Source: Patescibacteria group bacterium (lineage in GTDB: Bacteria > Patescibacteriota > Microgenomatia > JAMCZE01). From it: DNA of 64,000 bases. The stretch spans positions 469,200 through 533,199 of the forward strand of contig JAMCRP010000001.1 in NCBI GenBank assembly GCA_023380635.1, given 5' to 3'. The notes under the pieces are model-generated. The model saw only the letters and a program-made list of their open reading frames with translations, did no database searches and was not told the DNA's origin. How positions within the stretch are numbered: the stretch's first letter is position 1; each line of letters starts with the position of its first letter. Position numbers and translations under genes: made by a program. Positions 9,401-18,304 of this stretch are shown piece after piece.

Positions 9401-9431
9401 ATCCGTGATAATCCGTTACTAATCCGTGTTA
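9401..9431. repeat. Three phased direct repeats (ATCCGT, spacing 10-11 bp) in the divergent rnhB / prgI-like promoter region
   Basis: ATCCGTGATA ATCCGTTACTA ATCCGTGTTA at 9401, 9411 and 9422. Confidence 0.4.
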
Positions 9432-9467
9432 ATCAAAAAATGTGGCTCTGTGAAAATCTAAACCCTA

Positions 9468-10826
9468 TTGTTTTTCATATTGGGCTTGCTATTCTGGTTG
9501 ATAATGGAGCAACACGCTGTCCCCCAGGATATCACCGGCTTCAAGTTTAAGCTTGTCGGCGACATGACCCTCAAACAATTTGGCGAGTTGGCCGGTGGGA
9601 CGGTTATTGCCTATCTCTTTTTTGCTTCCAACTGGAACCCGCTTTTAAAATGGCCCGGGGTCCTCTTTTTTGGTTTCCTGGGCTTTGCCCTGGCTTTTTT
9701 GCCGATCGAAGAACGCCCACTGGATATCTGGATCGTGAATTTTTTGAAGGCAATTTACCAGCCAACGCTTTACGTCTGGAAAAAGGGGGCCGTCACCCCG
9801 GCTTTCACTTCTGCTGTCAGTCCTAATCCCGGTCATGTTCCAACCAATCCCCAACCGGCAGTTATGCCTTGGCCGTTCACCGAACCGCAACCCGCAACCA
9901 AACCCGCGGCGCCCACCCCGCCGCCACCGGTAACCCCCGCTTCTCAGCCAGCCGCGCCCATGCCTCAAGTTTCTCCTGGTCCGGTAGCTGCTCCTCCGGC
10001 TCCAAAACCCGAAGCGGCGCCAAGCCCGAAACCGTCCGCCATCCAGCCACAGGCTCCTTTTCCGGCTGCCCAAAACGGGCCCACCATCTCCATTGAGGAC
10101 CTGCAAAAGCTACGCGATCAGAAGATGGCAGAACTTCAGGGCATTACTAAAAGAATGGAAAAGGCCCAGACGGACCTCAAAGCCGATCTTTACAAAGCCC
10201 AAAACGGCCCGCGGGTAGTTACCGTCGACGACCTGGCTCGCCGCCGGGATGAGAAAAAACAGGCCGACGAAACCCAGCTCCAGTCGCTGTTGGAAGAAAA
10301 CACCAAACTGATATCAGAAATCGAAAGCATTAAAACCCGGATTCAGGCTCTCGCCGGCTCGGACACCACCCAGCTCCAAACTCAGTTAAATAATCTTACC
10401 ACTTCGCAGCGGGGTTTAAGCGGACAAATTTCTCTTATTCAAACCCAACTAGAAGGCAAAAAACCGGAAGAAAAGCCCGTTGCTACCCAACCAACCCCCG
10501 ACAACCAGGTTAAGGTTGTCGAAAAACCCGTAGCCCGGGAAGCCAGCATTTCTCTAACTGATGTCCCCAATATTATTAACGGGACAGTAACCAACGAGAC
10601 CGGCGTTCCTCTGGACAGCGCAATTTTGATCATTAAGGATAAAGCCGGCAATTCCATCCGGGCCCTTAAAACGAACCAGATTGGCCAATTTATCGCCAGC
10701 ACCCCGCTCGAAAACGGGACTTACTATTTAGAGTTTGAGCGTCAAGGTTACGTTTTTGATGTCCTGGAAATTACTTTAAACGGGAAAGTTATCCAACCCT
10801 TAGAAATTCATGGCCGACACAGTTAA
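9468..10826 (+). CDS. PrgI/VirB3-like membrane protein with Pro-rich linker, coiled coil and C-terminal CarboxypepD_reg-like beta-sandwich
   Basis: Two N-terminal TM helices as in PrgI-family proteins that precede VirB4/PrgJ. C-terminal GTVTNETGVPLDSAILIIKDKAGN...GTYYLEFERQGY. TTG start. Confidence 0.45.
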   Translation: MFFILGLLFWLIMEQHAVPQDITGFKFKLVGDMTLKQFGELAGGTVIAYLFFASNWNPLLKWPGVLFFGFLGFALAFLPIEERPLDIWIVNFLKAIYQPTLYVWKKGAVTPAFTSAVSPNPGHVPTNPQPAVMPWPFTEPQPATKPAAPTPPPPVTPASQPAAPMPQVSPGPVAAPPAPKPEAAPSPKPSAIQPQAPFPAAQNGPTISIEDLQKLRDQKMAELQGITKRMEKAQTDLKADLYKAQNGPRVVTVDDLARRRDEKKQADETQLQSLLEENTKLISEIESIKTRIQALAGSDTTQLQTQLNNLTTSQRGLSGQISLIQTQLEGKKPEEKPVATQPTPDNQVKVVEKPVAREASISLTDVPNIINGTVTNETGVPLDSAILIIKDKAGNSIRALKTNQIGQFIASTPLENGTYYLEFERQGYVFDVLEITLNGKVIQPLEIHGRHS

Positions 10827-11475
10827 AACCGCCATCCGGGGCACGACCCAGATCTTTTTGGAAATCGCCGATATCCGCGACGATTTAGTTTTGCTGCCCG
10901 ACGGGTCCGTGGCCCTAATCGTTGGCGTTTCTGCCGTTAACTTCGGGCTGTTGTCCGAAAAAGAGCAGGAGGCCATTATTTTTGCTTACGCCGGCTTCCT
11001 TAACTCGCTTAACTTTGCCGTCCAGATTGTCGTCCGCAGCCAGCAAAAAGACATTTCCGCTTATCTGGAAAAATTAACTGCCGAAGAAAAGAAGCAAACC
11101 AACCCTCTTTTAGCCAAACAAATTGCTTCTTACCGGGATTTTATTCTGCAAACAGTTAAAGACAATAATGTTCTGGATAAAAAGTTTTATATCGTCGTTC
11201 CGTTTTCTTCACTGGAACTAGGAGCTGGATCAGCTACCAAAGGCTTAGTAAAAAAACAAAAGAAACTACCACTGCCGCCCGAGACTATTTTAGAAAAGGC
11301 CAAAACTGCCCTTTTTCCCAAGCGTGACCATGTCCTGCGCCAGCTGGGTCGGCTGGGTCTTAAAGCCAAACAACTGACTACTTCGGAGCTTATCGAGCTG
11401 TTTTACGACATTTACAACCCCCATAAGCAGCACCAGGAAAATTCCGGTTCTAAATTTGAAACGCTTACCCAATAA
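10810..11475 (+). CDS. VirB4/TraC/TrbE N-terminal domain protein (split from the following ATPase ORF)
   Basis: IFLEIADIRDDLVLLPDGSVALIVGVSAVNFGLLSEKEQEAIIFAYAGFLNSL..FAVQIVV matches the N-terminal region of Gram-positive VirB4 homologues. It overlaps the next ORF by 20 nt. Confidence 0.5.
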   Translation: MADTVKTAIRGTTQIFLEIADIRDDLVLLPDGSVALIVGVSAVNFGLLSEKEQEAIIFAYAGFLNSLNFAVQIVVRSQQKDISAYLEKLTAEEKKQTNPLLAKQIASYRDFILQTVKDNNVLDKKFYIVVPFSSLELGAGSATKGLVKKQKKLPLPPETILEKAKTALFPKRDHVLRQLGRLGLKAKQLTTSELIELFYDIYNPHKQHQENSGSKFETLTQ

Positions 11476-13441
11476 ACCTATGACTCTGCCCTTTTTTAAA
11501 AAGAAGCCAGTAGCTAATCAGCCCAGCCAGCCGGCACCCGACCGGAAGAGCGTCAGTACCACTCCTATCTCCCAATCACCGATTACTAACCAAGCCGTCA
11601 ACCGCCTCCAGCCAACCTCCCCCTCCTCTTCGGTTTTGGATATCATCGCCCCGGAAAAAATCGAGGTGGATTTTAATTTTGTCAAAATCAGCGAAACCTA
11701 TTTCCGGACTTTTTTTATCGCCAATTACCCCCGATTTGTGTCTGCCAGCTGGCTGTCGCCGATTATCGATTTTGACTCGTCCCAGGATCTGGCCATGTTT
11801 ATTTACCCGGTAGAATCCCGGGATATTCTGTCTAACTTAAAACGCAAAATTGCCGAAATGGAGGCAACTATCGAGTCGGACATTAAACGGGGGCATGTGG
11901 TCGACCCGGCCGTTCAGGTGGCTTTAGATGACGCTTTAGCCTTACAAGAACAGCTGGCCAAAGGGGCCGAACGATTTTTCCAGTTTGGTCTTTATGTCAC
12001 GATTAACGCCCAATCTTTGGACAATTTAGAGAAGGTCAGTAAGCAAGTGGAGTCGACTTTGGCCTCCTTGATGTTGGTTTCCAAAAAGGCCACCTTGCAA
12101 ATGGAAGACGGTTTTCGCACTACCCAACCGCTTTGTGTCGATAAACTGCTCATCACCCGCAATATGGATACCACATCTCTGGCCACGACTTTTCCGTTTA
12201 CTTCCTCAGAATTGACGGCCAACGAAGGAGTGATGTACGGCTTAAACGAGCACAACGGCAGTTTAATTATTTTTGACCGGTTTAGTTTGGAAAACGCCAA
12301 CGAGGTAGTATTAGGAAAAAGCGGCGGCGGAAAATCTTACCTGGTAAAACTGGAGGCTCTGCGTAGTTTAATGTTTGGGGCCAGTGTAATTATTATTGAT
12401 CCAGAGGAAGAATATGAACCCATAACCCGGGCCGTTGGGGGCGATTACCTCTCTTTTTCGTTTAGTAGTCAAACCCACATTAATCCTTTTGATTTAGCCG
12501 GCACCAACGATGACCCGCAGGAAAATGATTTGCAGTATAAAATCGGCTTTTCCTTAACCCGGCTCATTAAACTCATGGTAGGAACGACGACCGCCGAAGA
12601 CGACGCCATTATTCATAACGCCTTAGAGCTGACCTACAAACAAAAAGGCATTACCTACGACCCGACGACCCACAAAAAAGAACCGCCGATTCTGGAAGAT
12701 TTATATAAAGTTCTGGTCGGCATGGAAACGCCGGCGGCGGCCAATCTCGCCTTGCGCCTGGAAAAGTTTGTCAAAGGCAGTTTTGGGGCCATTTTTAACC
12801 AGCGCAGCAATCTCAAACTGGATAACCCGTTTACCGTCTTTTCCTTCAAAAATCTCGAGGACCAGCTTCGCAGTTTGGCAATTTTTATTATTGTGGACTT
12901 TATCTGGAATTCTATTAAACGCGACTTCAAAAAGCGGATCTTGATTGTGGATGAAGCCTGGTATCTTATGAAAGACCCTTCTTCGGCGGAATTTTTGTGG
13001 GGTTTTGCCAAGCGGGCCCGGAAATACTACCTGGGTTTAACTACCATCACTCAGGACATTGAAGATTTCTTAAGTTCCGACCTGGGCAAGACGATTATTA
13101 CCAATAGCAGTATCCAAATTTTAATGAAACAGTCACCGGCGGCGATCGACAAGTTGGGCGAGGTTTTTTACCTGTCTGAAGGCGAAAAAAGCTTGCTTAT
13201 GTCCGCCGGGGTTGGTCAAGGTCTCTTTTTTGCCGGTTCTTCCCATGTGGCTATGCGAACCATCGCTTCTCCCGATGAACATAAACTAATCACTACCAAT
13301 CCGTTGGAAAAGAGTAGTTCCACTACGGCGCAACCCGCCGGCCCAACTCTAGCTCAGCCGGTTACTCCTCCGGTTCCCACCACTCCACCTATTACCCCCG
13401 TATCACCCGCCTCTCCTACCCCTGAACCCGGACCGGCATAA
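11456..13441 (+). CDS. virB4: Type IV secretion VirB4/TrbE/PrgJ-like ATPase (central and C-terminal ATPase domains)
   Basis: Walker A LGKSGGGKSY, Walker B ILIVDEAWYL, QDIEDF/TNSS motifs; Pro/Thr-rich C-terminal tail. TTG start at 11456. Confidence 0.8.
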   Translation: MKRLPNKPMTLPFFKKKPVANQPSQPAPDRKSVSTTPISQSPITNQAVNRLQPTSPSSSVLDIIAPEKIEVDFNFVKISETYFRTFFIANYPRFVSASWLSPIIDFDSSQDLAMFIYPVESRDILSNLKRKIAEMEATIESDIKRGHVVDPAVQVALDDALALQEQLAKGAERFFQFGLYVTINAQSLDNLEKVSKQVESTLASLMLVSKKATLQMEDGFRTTQPLCVDKLLITRNMDTTSLATTFPFTSSELTANEGVMYGLNEHNGSLIIFDRFSLENANEVVLGKSGGGKSYLVKLEALRSLMFGASVIIIDPEEEYEPITRAVGGDYLSFSFSSQTHINPFDLAGTNDDPQENDLQYKIGFSLTRLIKLMVGTTTAEDDAIIHNALELTYKQKGITYDPTTHKKEPPILEDLYKVLVGMETPAAANLALRLEKFVKGSFGAIFNQRSNLKLDNPFTVFSFKNLEDQLRSLAIFIIVDFIWNSIKRDFKKRILIVDEAWYLMKDPSSAEFLWGFAKRARKYYLGLTTITQDIEDFLSSDLGKTIITNSSIQILMKQSPAAIDKLGEVFYLSEGEKSLLMSAGVGQGLFFAGSSHVAMRTIASPDEHKLITTNPLEKSSSTTAQPAGPTLAQPVTPPVPTTPPITPVSPASPTPEPGPA

Positions 13442-14555
13442 TAATGTGGAGAAAATTGTCGTCTTTAGGTAAGCGAAAAACCCCAGCAGTCAAGGGACCA
13501 TTAAAATCGATAATTAGTTCCGTGCTCCCCACTGCGACAAACAAATCCAAAAGGTAACGATAATTAAACGCCACCACAAACTCTTCGTCAGCGCCTTTTT
13601 TCACTGTAATATCAATCTCACTCTCGTTCTCGCCAACCTCCGGCGCGTTTGCGCTGATTTTCAGTTTTCCCTTGTCTATTTTAAGCTTAACAATATTGGC
13701 GCTGTCGCGGGCAAAAATTGAAGCTAACTTAATAGCTTTCGAAAACTCTTCGGTTGCGGCCGTAACCTGAATTGTCGAATTTGCAGGAATAATTTTCTCA
13801 TAGTCAGGAAAATTACCGGCAATTAGGCGGGAATATATTTTTATTTCTCCCAAGTCAAAGGCCACCTGATTGATTTCCGGCAGGTAAATCATGAGAAAAG
13901 CTTTCTCATTCTCCCCTTTTTCTTCTCCTAAAAGCCGGTTAACTTCCGCCAGAGTTTTTGCCGGAATAATAAACTTCGTCTCTTTCTGGCCGCCTTCAGC
14001 CGGAATCTTATTAACCGACAGCCGGAAACCATCGGTTGCCGCCAGGGTTAAACCAACTTCGTCGCTGCTAAACAAAACTCCCGTCAAAACCGCCCGGCTT
14101 TCATCCTGGCCAGCCGCAAAAGCTACTTTACTGACACCTTCCTGGAACGCCTTTTTGTCTATTTTCCACTGGGCTTTAGTCTTTTCTTCCGGTACCAGCT
14201 TAGGAAACTCTGTCGCCGGGGTCCCGGCAATTTTCCCTTTAAATTTACCCCCGGAAAGGGTCAAGACGCCGTCCTTTTGGCTTATGGTAAGTTTCTCTGC
14301 CGGCAAGCCTGCTACCAGCTCTAAAAAGGTCCGTCCCGGCACGGTGTATTCTCCAGCTGCTTCAATTTTAGCCCCAATAGAGGTCATGATTGTGGTTTCC
14401 AGGTTTGAGGCAGTAATCTGCAATTGCCCGGTTTCCGTGCGCAGAAGAATATTAGAAAGAATCGCCACCTGCGGCCGGCTGGCTAAAACCCGGGCAACGG
14501 TGTTTAGTCCCCGGTTAAGATTTTCCTGAAGAACTTCCAGCTCCATCGTCCCCAA
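13416..14555 (-). CDS. dnaN: DNA polymerase III beta sliding clamp
   Basis: Three-domain beta-clamp pattern, about 379 aa, immediately downstream of dnaA; the start could equally be the M4 codon at 14546. Confidence 0.9.
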   Translation of the reverse strand: MGTMELEVLQENLNRGLNTVARVLASRPQVAILSNILLRTETGQLQITASNLETTIMTSIGAKIEAAGEYTVPGRTFLELVAGLPAEKLTISQKDGVLTLSGGKFKGKIAGTPATEFPKLVPEEKTKAQWKIDKKAFQEGVSKVAFAAGQDESRAVLTGVLFSSDEVGLTLAATDGFRLSVNKIPAEGGQKETKFIIPAKTLAEVNRLLGEEKGENEKAFLMIYLPEINQVAFDLGEIKIYSRLIAGNFPDYEKIIPANSTIQVTAATEEFSKAIKLASIFARDSANIVKLKIDKGKLKISANAPEVGENESEIDITVKKGADEEFVVAFNYRYLLDLFVAVGSTELIIDFNGPLTAGVFRLPKDDNFLHIIMPVRVQG

Positions 14556-14692
14556 TATACGATCTTAATAGTTTTTTTGCAACTTTCGTCTTTTTCTATT
14601 TCCAACTAGTAGTAACAGTAGTAGGCATTGTGAGTAAGTGACTAAAAACGGCGGGAACTGTGTATAGATTGTCTGTTACGGATTTTTTTCGT

Positions 14693-14833
14693 TGTGGATA
14701 TCTCTTAGGGGTGATTGTGAATATCTTTGAGGACAAACCTTCGGGGTTTGGGGATAAGTTGATAAGTTTTGGGGTTCTCCACTTATCCACAACTAGTTAA
14801 AAAAATATTCAGGAGTTATCCACAACTAGTTAA
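14693..14833. promoter_or_regulatory. oriC DnaA-box cluster and AT-rich region between dnaA and dnaN
   Basis: Perfect TTATCCACA at 14783-14791 and 14816-14824, each within an 18-bp direct repeat TTATCCACAACTAGTTAA. Degenerate boxes TGTGGATAT (14693), TGTGAATAT (14716) and GGGGATAAG/TTGATAAG (14746-14765). AT-rich stretch at 14570-14640. Confidence 0.6.
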
Positions 14834-16202
14834 CCAGGAGTTGTTGGAGTTGTTCTACTTCACCTCGGATACGCTCGTTGGTTTCTAATAAAGCCGAAAC
14901 TTTGTTAACGCCATGAATGATTGTGGTGTGGTCCCGGCCGCCGAGATAGTCGGCAATTTCTTCATAGGTCATTCCTCCCTTGTGGCGCAGGAGATACATG
15001 AGGATTTGCCGGGGTACGGCAATAGGCTTATCTCGCTTTTCGCCTTTAATAAGCTTTATTGGTAACTCGTAAAAAGCGCACACCCGGTCAACGATCAGCC
15101 GGGCGTCCAGCCTGGTTACCGCCTGAGCGGGAGTTTCTTTAATCTCCAGCACCTTTAGGACCAGTTCCGGAGTAAGTTCCAGTTTGTTTGCTTGAGCAGC
15201 CATAAGAATTTTTTGTAAGGCTCCCTCGAGAGACCGGATATTATCCACATTACTGGCAATAGAAAAGGCCACACTATTGGATAGTTCAATTCCTCGTTTA
15301 CGAGCTTTCTGCATACAGATAGCCGTCTTTAATTCTGAATCCGGTGTGGATATGTCGGCCACCATCCCGCCTTCAAACCGGCTGCGTAAGCGGTCGGCCA
15401 GATCAGCAATATCGGCGGGCTTGCGGTCGGAAGTCATGACAATCTGGCCGCCGTTTTGGGAAATGGCGTTAAAGGTATGGAAAAATTCTTCCTGGGCGGT
15501 ATCTTTACCGGAAAGAAACTGGATATCATCTATTAGTAAGGCGTCAGCCGACCGGTACCTTTCCTTAAATTCGGCCGTGTTTTTCGAGCGGATGCCGGCA
15601 ATAATTTCGTTGGTAAACTGCTCGCCGGGGGCAAAAATAATTTTAGCCCGCGGGTTTTTACGAAGTATCTCGTGGCCTACTGCCTGCATAAGGTGAGTTT
15701 TGCCCACGCCTACCCCGCCCCAAATAAACAGCGGGTTATAGTTTTTGCCGGGGTTTTGAGCCGTGGCCGTCGCGGCGGCAAAAGCCAGCTGATTACTGGT
15801 CGAGACGCAAAATTCTTCAAAGGTAAAATCAGGACGAAGGTGGCAACGCTTGATAGCGTCGAGTAGTTCTTGTTTATCTTCCTTGGGTTGGGCAAATAAC
15901 GGACCAGGTTCAGTTTTAGCTTCCGGTGTAGTTTGTGATTGGAGGCTAGTATCCACGTCAAAAACGAGACTTAATGGAGAAACGGTAGAGATTTTTTGTA
16001 AACTGTTTTGAATTAAGCTGTAATACCGAGAGCTTGTTGATTGGGCAACACCCTTATTCTTAAAACCTAATTTGGCAACACCATTTTCCAGAGAAAGAAG
16101 TGTACTATTTTTTAAATAAATGCCGAAATTATTTTTTCCAAGCTCGACCTCAAGTTCTCCAAGTGTAGCCTTCCATAAATCATGAAGTTGATCGTTGTTC
16201 AT
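14826..16202 (-). CDS. dnaA: Chromosomal replication initiator DnaA
   Basis: AAA+ Walker A GGVGVGKTHL and a C-terminal DnaA-box binding domain. The start is taken at the ATG at 16202 (MNNDQLHDLW...), which matches DnaA N-termini. The ORF-track start at 16244 would place the DnaA boxes inside the CDS. Confidence 0.9.
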   Translation of the reverse strand: MNNDQLHDLWKATLGELEVELGKNNFGIYLKNSTLLSLENGVAKLGFKNKGVAQSTSSRYYSLIQNSLQKISTVSPLSLVFDVDTSLQSQTTPEAKTEPGPLFAQPKEDKQELLDAIKRCHLRPDFTFEEFCVSTSNQLAFAAATATAQNPGKNYNPLFIWGGVGVGKTHLMQAVGHEILRKNPRAKIIFAPGEQFTNEIIAGIRSKNTAEFKERYRSADALLIDDIQFLSGKDTAQEEFFHTFNAISQNGGQIVMTSDRKPADIADLADRLRSRFEGGMVADISTPDSELKTAICMQKARKRGIELSNSVAFSIASNVDNIRSLEGALQKILMAAQANKLELTPELVLKVLEIKETPAQAVTRLDARLIVDRVCAFYELPIKLIKGEKRDKPIAVPRQILMYLLRHKGGMTYEEIADYLGGRDHTTIIHGVNKVSALLETNERIRGEVEQLQQLLVN

Positions 16203-16243
16203 GTGGATAGCGGCAGTATGCCCTATCTTACAAGTTATCCACA
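16203..16243. promoter_or_regulatory. DnaA boxes immediately upstream of dnaA (autoregulatory or oriC upstream cluster)
   Basis: TGTGGATAG at 16203-16211 and a perfect TTATCCACA at 16235-16243. Confidence 0.5.
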
Positions 16244-16305
16244 AAAATTCAAGGTATCTTACTAGGTCATCTTTACTCTAATAAACAGAGAATTAAACTT
16301 ATATC

Positions 16306-16334
16306 TTGACATAATTATCCCTATGGGATAGATT
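16306..16334 (+). promoter_or_regulatory. Sigma70-like promoter (TTGACA-17-TAGATT) with an embedded palindrome TATCCCtatGGGATA
   Basis: TTGACA at 16306-16311 and TAGATT at 16329-16334. The inverted repeat at 16316-16330 overlaps the spacer and -10; the ATG at 16350 lies about 9 nt past the predicted TSS. Confidence 0.4.
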
Positions 16335-16349
16335 CTTTGTATTCTCTTT

Positions 16350-16877
16350 ATGGTCAATAAAAATAATCCTGAAGTAAGACTCTACCGATCAGAAAAAGAC
16401 GTTAGGCGAGGTGATCTCCGGCAACTCATTACCCACTTTAGGGATGTTCTGAAACTGGAGCTTCAGGGAGACGACCTTGATTGGCTAGTTGGTCTTTTTC
16501 AAAACAGCCGTGTAGTGGCTAATAGCCGATTTGAAATAATTTTACCGAATGACACGGTGGTTATGGAAACTCTCCGTCGGGACAGAAAAATAACCCGCTG
16601 TTATTTAGTGCGGGGTATAGATGACCCCAAAAGGATCCATTTACAAGTAAACAGCAGAATTAAAAAAAGAGATATCTATCAAAGGAATGCGGAAGTTGAT
16701 GGTATTTTCCCTTTCCGTATTACAGGTATCAGAGAATCTGGTTCCTCGGACGGCGACCTTCTTACATTTTGTGCTTTAGGAACCCATGGTGGGGTGACGA
16801 TTACAGAAGACGGTAGGGTTGAGTTTCACCAGATGAACAACGAAGAACACAAGACTTTACATAGGCTTCATCTTTAA
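16350..16877 (+). CDS. Hypothetical protein (175 aa) inserted between dnaA and rpmH
   Basis: Clean ORF with its own promoter-like signal; no recognisable motif. Confidence 0.5.
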   Translation: MVNKNNPEVRLYRSEKDVRRGDLRQLITHFRDVLKLELQGDDLDWLVGLFQNSRVVANSRFEIILPNDTVVMETLRRDRKITRCYLVRGIDDPKRIHLQVNSRIKKRDIYQRNAEVDGIFPFRITGIRESGSSDGDLLTFCALGTHGGVTITEDGRVEFHQMNNEEHKTLHRLHL

Positions 16878-16929
16878 AACATCTTTCCCTCTTCCCAATC
16901 TCACTGATTTTTGACATAATCGGACTACT

Positions 16930-17067
16930 ATGCCTAAACGTGTCTGGCAACCAAAAAAAGTAAAACGGGTCCGCAAGCACGGGTTTTTGGAAAGAATGAA
17001 AACCCATGACGGCCGCAAGGTGCTCAAAAGACGGATAGCTAGGGGCCGCAAAAAACTAACGATTTAA
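16930..17067 (+). CDS. rpmH: 50S ribosomal protein L34
   Basis: [45 protein letters not shown] is a 45-aa L34. It is below the ORF-track cutoff and was found by hand. Confidence 0.9.
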   Translation: MPKRVWQPKKVKRVRKHGFLERMKTHDGRKVLKRRIARGRKKLTI

Positions 17068-17414
17068 TGCTTCCGCGCAAAAAGACCGTTAATTTAAAAA
17101 AAGAATTTCCCAAAATCCGGCAAACCGGCAAAAACTACGATTCCCCCTCCTTTGGTCTCTTAGTCTCCTATAATAATAGTAATAAGACGACCCAGGTGGC
17201 CTTTATTATTAGTAAAAAAGTCGATAAAAAATCTGTAGTTCGGCACGAGGTAAAAAGAAAGCTTTCAGACGCTATTGCTTTTTTTCTGCCTCACTTAGCC
17301 AATAATCTGGAGCTCGTTTTCCTTGCTAAGCAAAAAGCAGTACAATCCGACCGTGACCAACTTAAAACCGAAATCGAAACCGTTCTCCGTCGCGCTCGTC
17401 TTATTGCTGATTAA
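17067..17414 (+). CDS. rnpA: Ribonuclease P protein component
   Basis: Basic 115-aa protein directly after rpmH (TAATG overlap), with a KKV..AV.RNR.KR-like RNase P protein pattern. Confidence 0.8.
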   Translation: MLPRKKTVNLKKEFPKIRQTGKNYDSPSFGLLVSYNNSNKTTQVAFIISKKVDKKSVVRHEVKRKLSDAIAFFLPHLANNLELVFLAKQKAVQSDRDQLKTEIETVLRRARLIAD

Positions 17415-17565
17415 TTTTTATCGGCGTTACCTTTGGGCCCTGTTTCCTTCAAAGTGTCGGTATACTCCCACTTGCTCTGAATATACCTACCAACAAGTTC
17501 AAAAACTTGGTACAATAAAAGGATTGTCTTTAGGCTTTAAACGAATATTATCCTGTCATGGGTAA
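17323..17565 (+). CDS. yidD: Membrane protein insertion efficiency factor YidD
   Basis: INFYRRYLWALFPSKCRYTPTCSEY...KRILSCHG matches YidD. The start is uncertain because the long overlap with rnpA is unusual. Confidence 0.7.
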   Translation: MLSKKQYNPTVTNLKPKSKPFSVALVLLLINFYRRYLWALFPSKCRYTPTCSEYTYQQVQKLGTIKGLSLGFKRILSCHG

Positions 17566-18304
17566 CTTTTTCTTACAAATCATCTTGTTTATATATAACA
17601 CCATTGCCTTTCACAACCTCGGCGTGGCCATTATTGAAATCGCCGTTTTAACCCGGGTCATTTTCTACCCGTTTATTAAGCAGCAGACCCACTACAGCAA
17701 AAAAATGGCCGAGCTCCAGCCACACATTAACGCGCTTAAAGAAAAACATAAAGGAAACCAGCAGGCTTTCGCCCAGGCGCAAATGGAGTTGTTTAAGCAA
17801 CACGGAGTCAACCCGGCGGCCGGGTGTTTGCCGTCAATCGTCCAGATTGTAGTTCTGTTTGGTCTCTTGGGAGCACTGAATAATATTTTAAAAATGGACC
17901 ATATAAACTTGGATTTCTGGGTCTGGAATATGGCCAAGCCGGATGCGGTCAAAATTGATGGCCTTCCCTTTTTAGTGCCTGGGATCCTGGTTGTTCTGGC
18001 TGCCCTGACCCAATTTATCCAAACCAAAATGATGTTGCCGGTGGCCCCTAAAATCCGCAAAGAAGATAAACCGGCGGAAAAACAGGAGAAGAGCGATTTC
18101 ATGAGCGAATTTGCCGAGGCCCAAAGTTCCATGATTTGGATGTTTCCCTTAATGTTTTTATTTTTAGGCACCCAGTGGCCCTCGGGTCTGGCCCTTTACT
18201 GGACAATTAGCTCCGTTTTAATGATCATCCAGCAGTACCAAATCGCGGGACTTGGCGGATTGGAACAATATATAGTACAATTAAGAAAGTATGCCAAGAG
18301 CTAA
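17558..18304 (+). CDS. yidC: Membrane protein insertase YidC (short form)
   Basis: YidC/Oxa1 core (...QPHINALKEKHKGNQQAFAQAQMELFKQHGVNP..GCLP...) with multiple TM helices. Confidence 0.8.
   Translation: MGNFFLQIILFIYNTIAFHNLGVAIIEIAVLTRVIFYPFIKQQTHYSKKMAELQPHINALKEKHKGNQQAFAQAQMELFKQHGVNPAAGCLPSIVQIVVLFGLLGALNNILKMDHINLDFWVWNMAKPDAVKIDGLPFLVPGILVVLAALTQFIQTKMMLPVAPKIRKEDKPAEKQEKSDFMSEFAEAQSSMIWMFPLMFLFLGTQWPSGLALYWTISSVLMIIQQYQIAGLGGLEQYIVQLRKYAKS

Noticed and set aside
13891-14529. 212-aa plus-strand ORF antisense to dnaN (similar antisense ORFs occur inside ABC, PBP, nrdJ and valS genes)
   Set aside because: These are shadow ORFs inside well-supported genes, with low-complexity composition.
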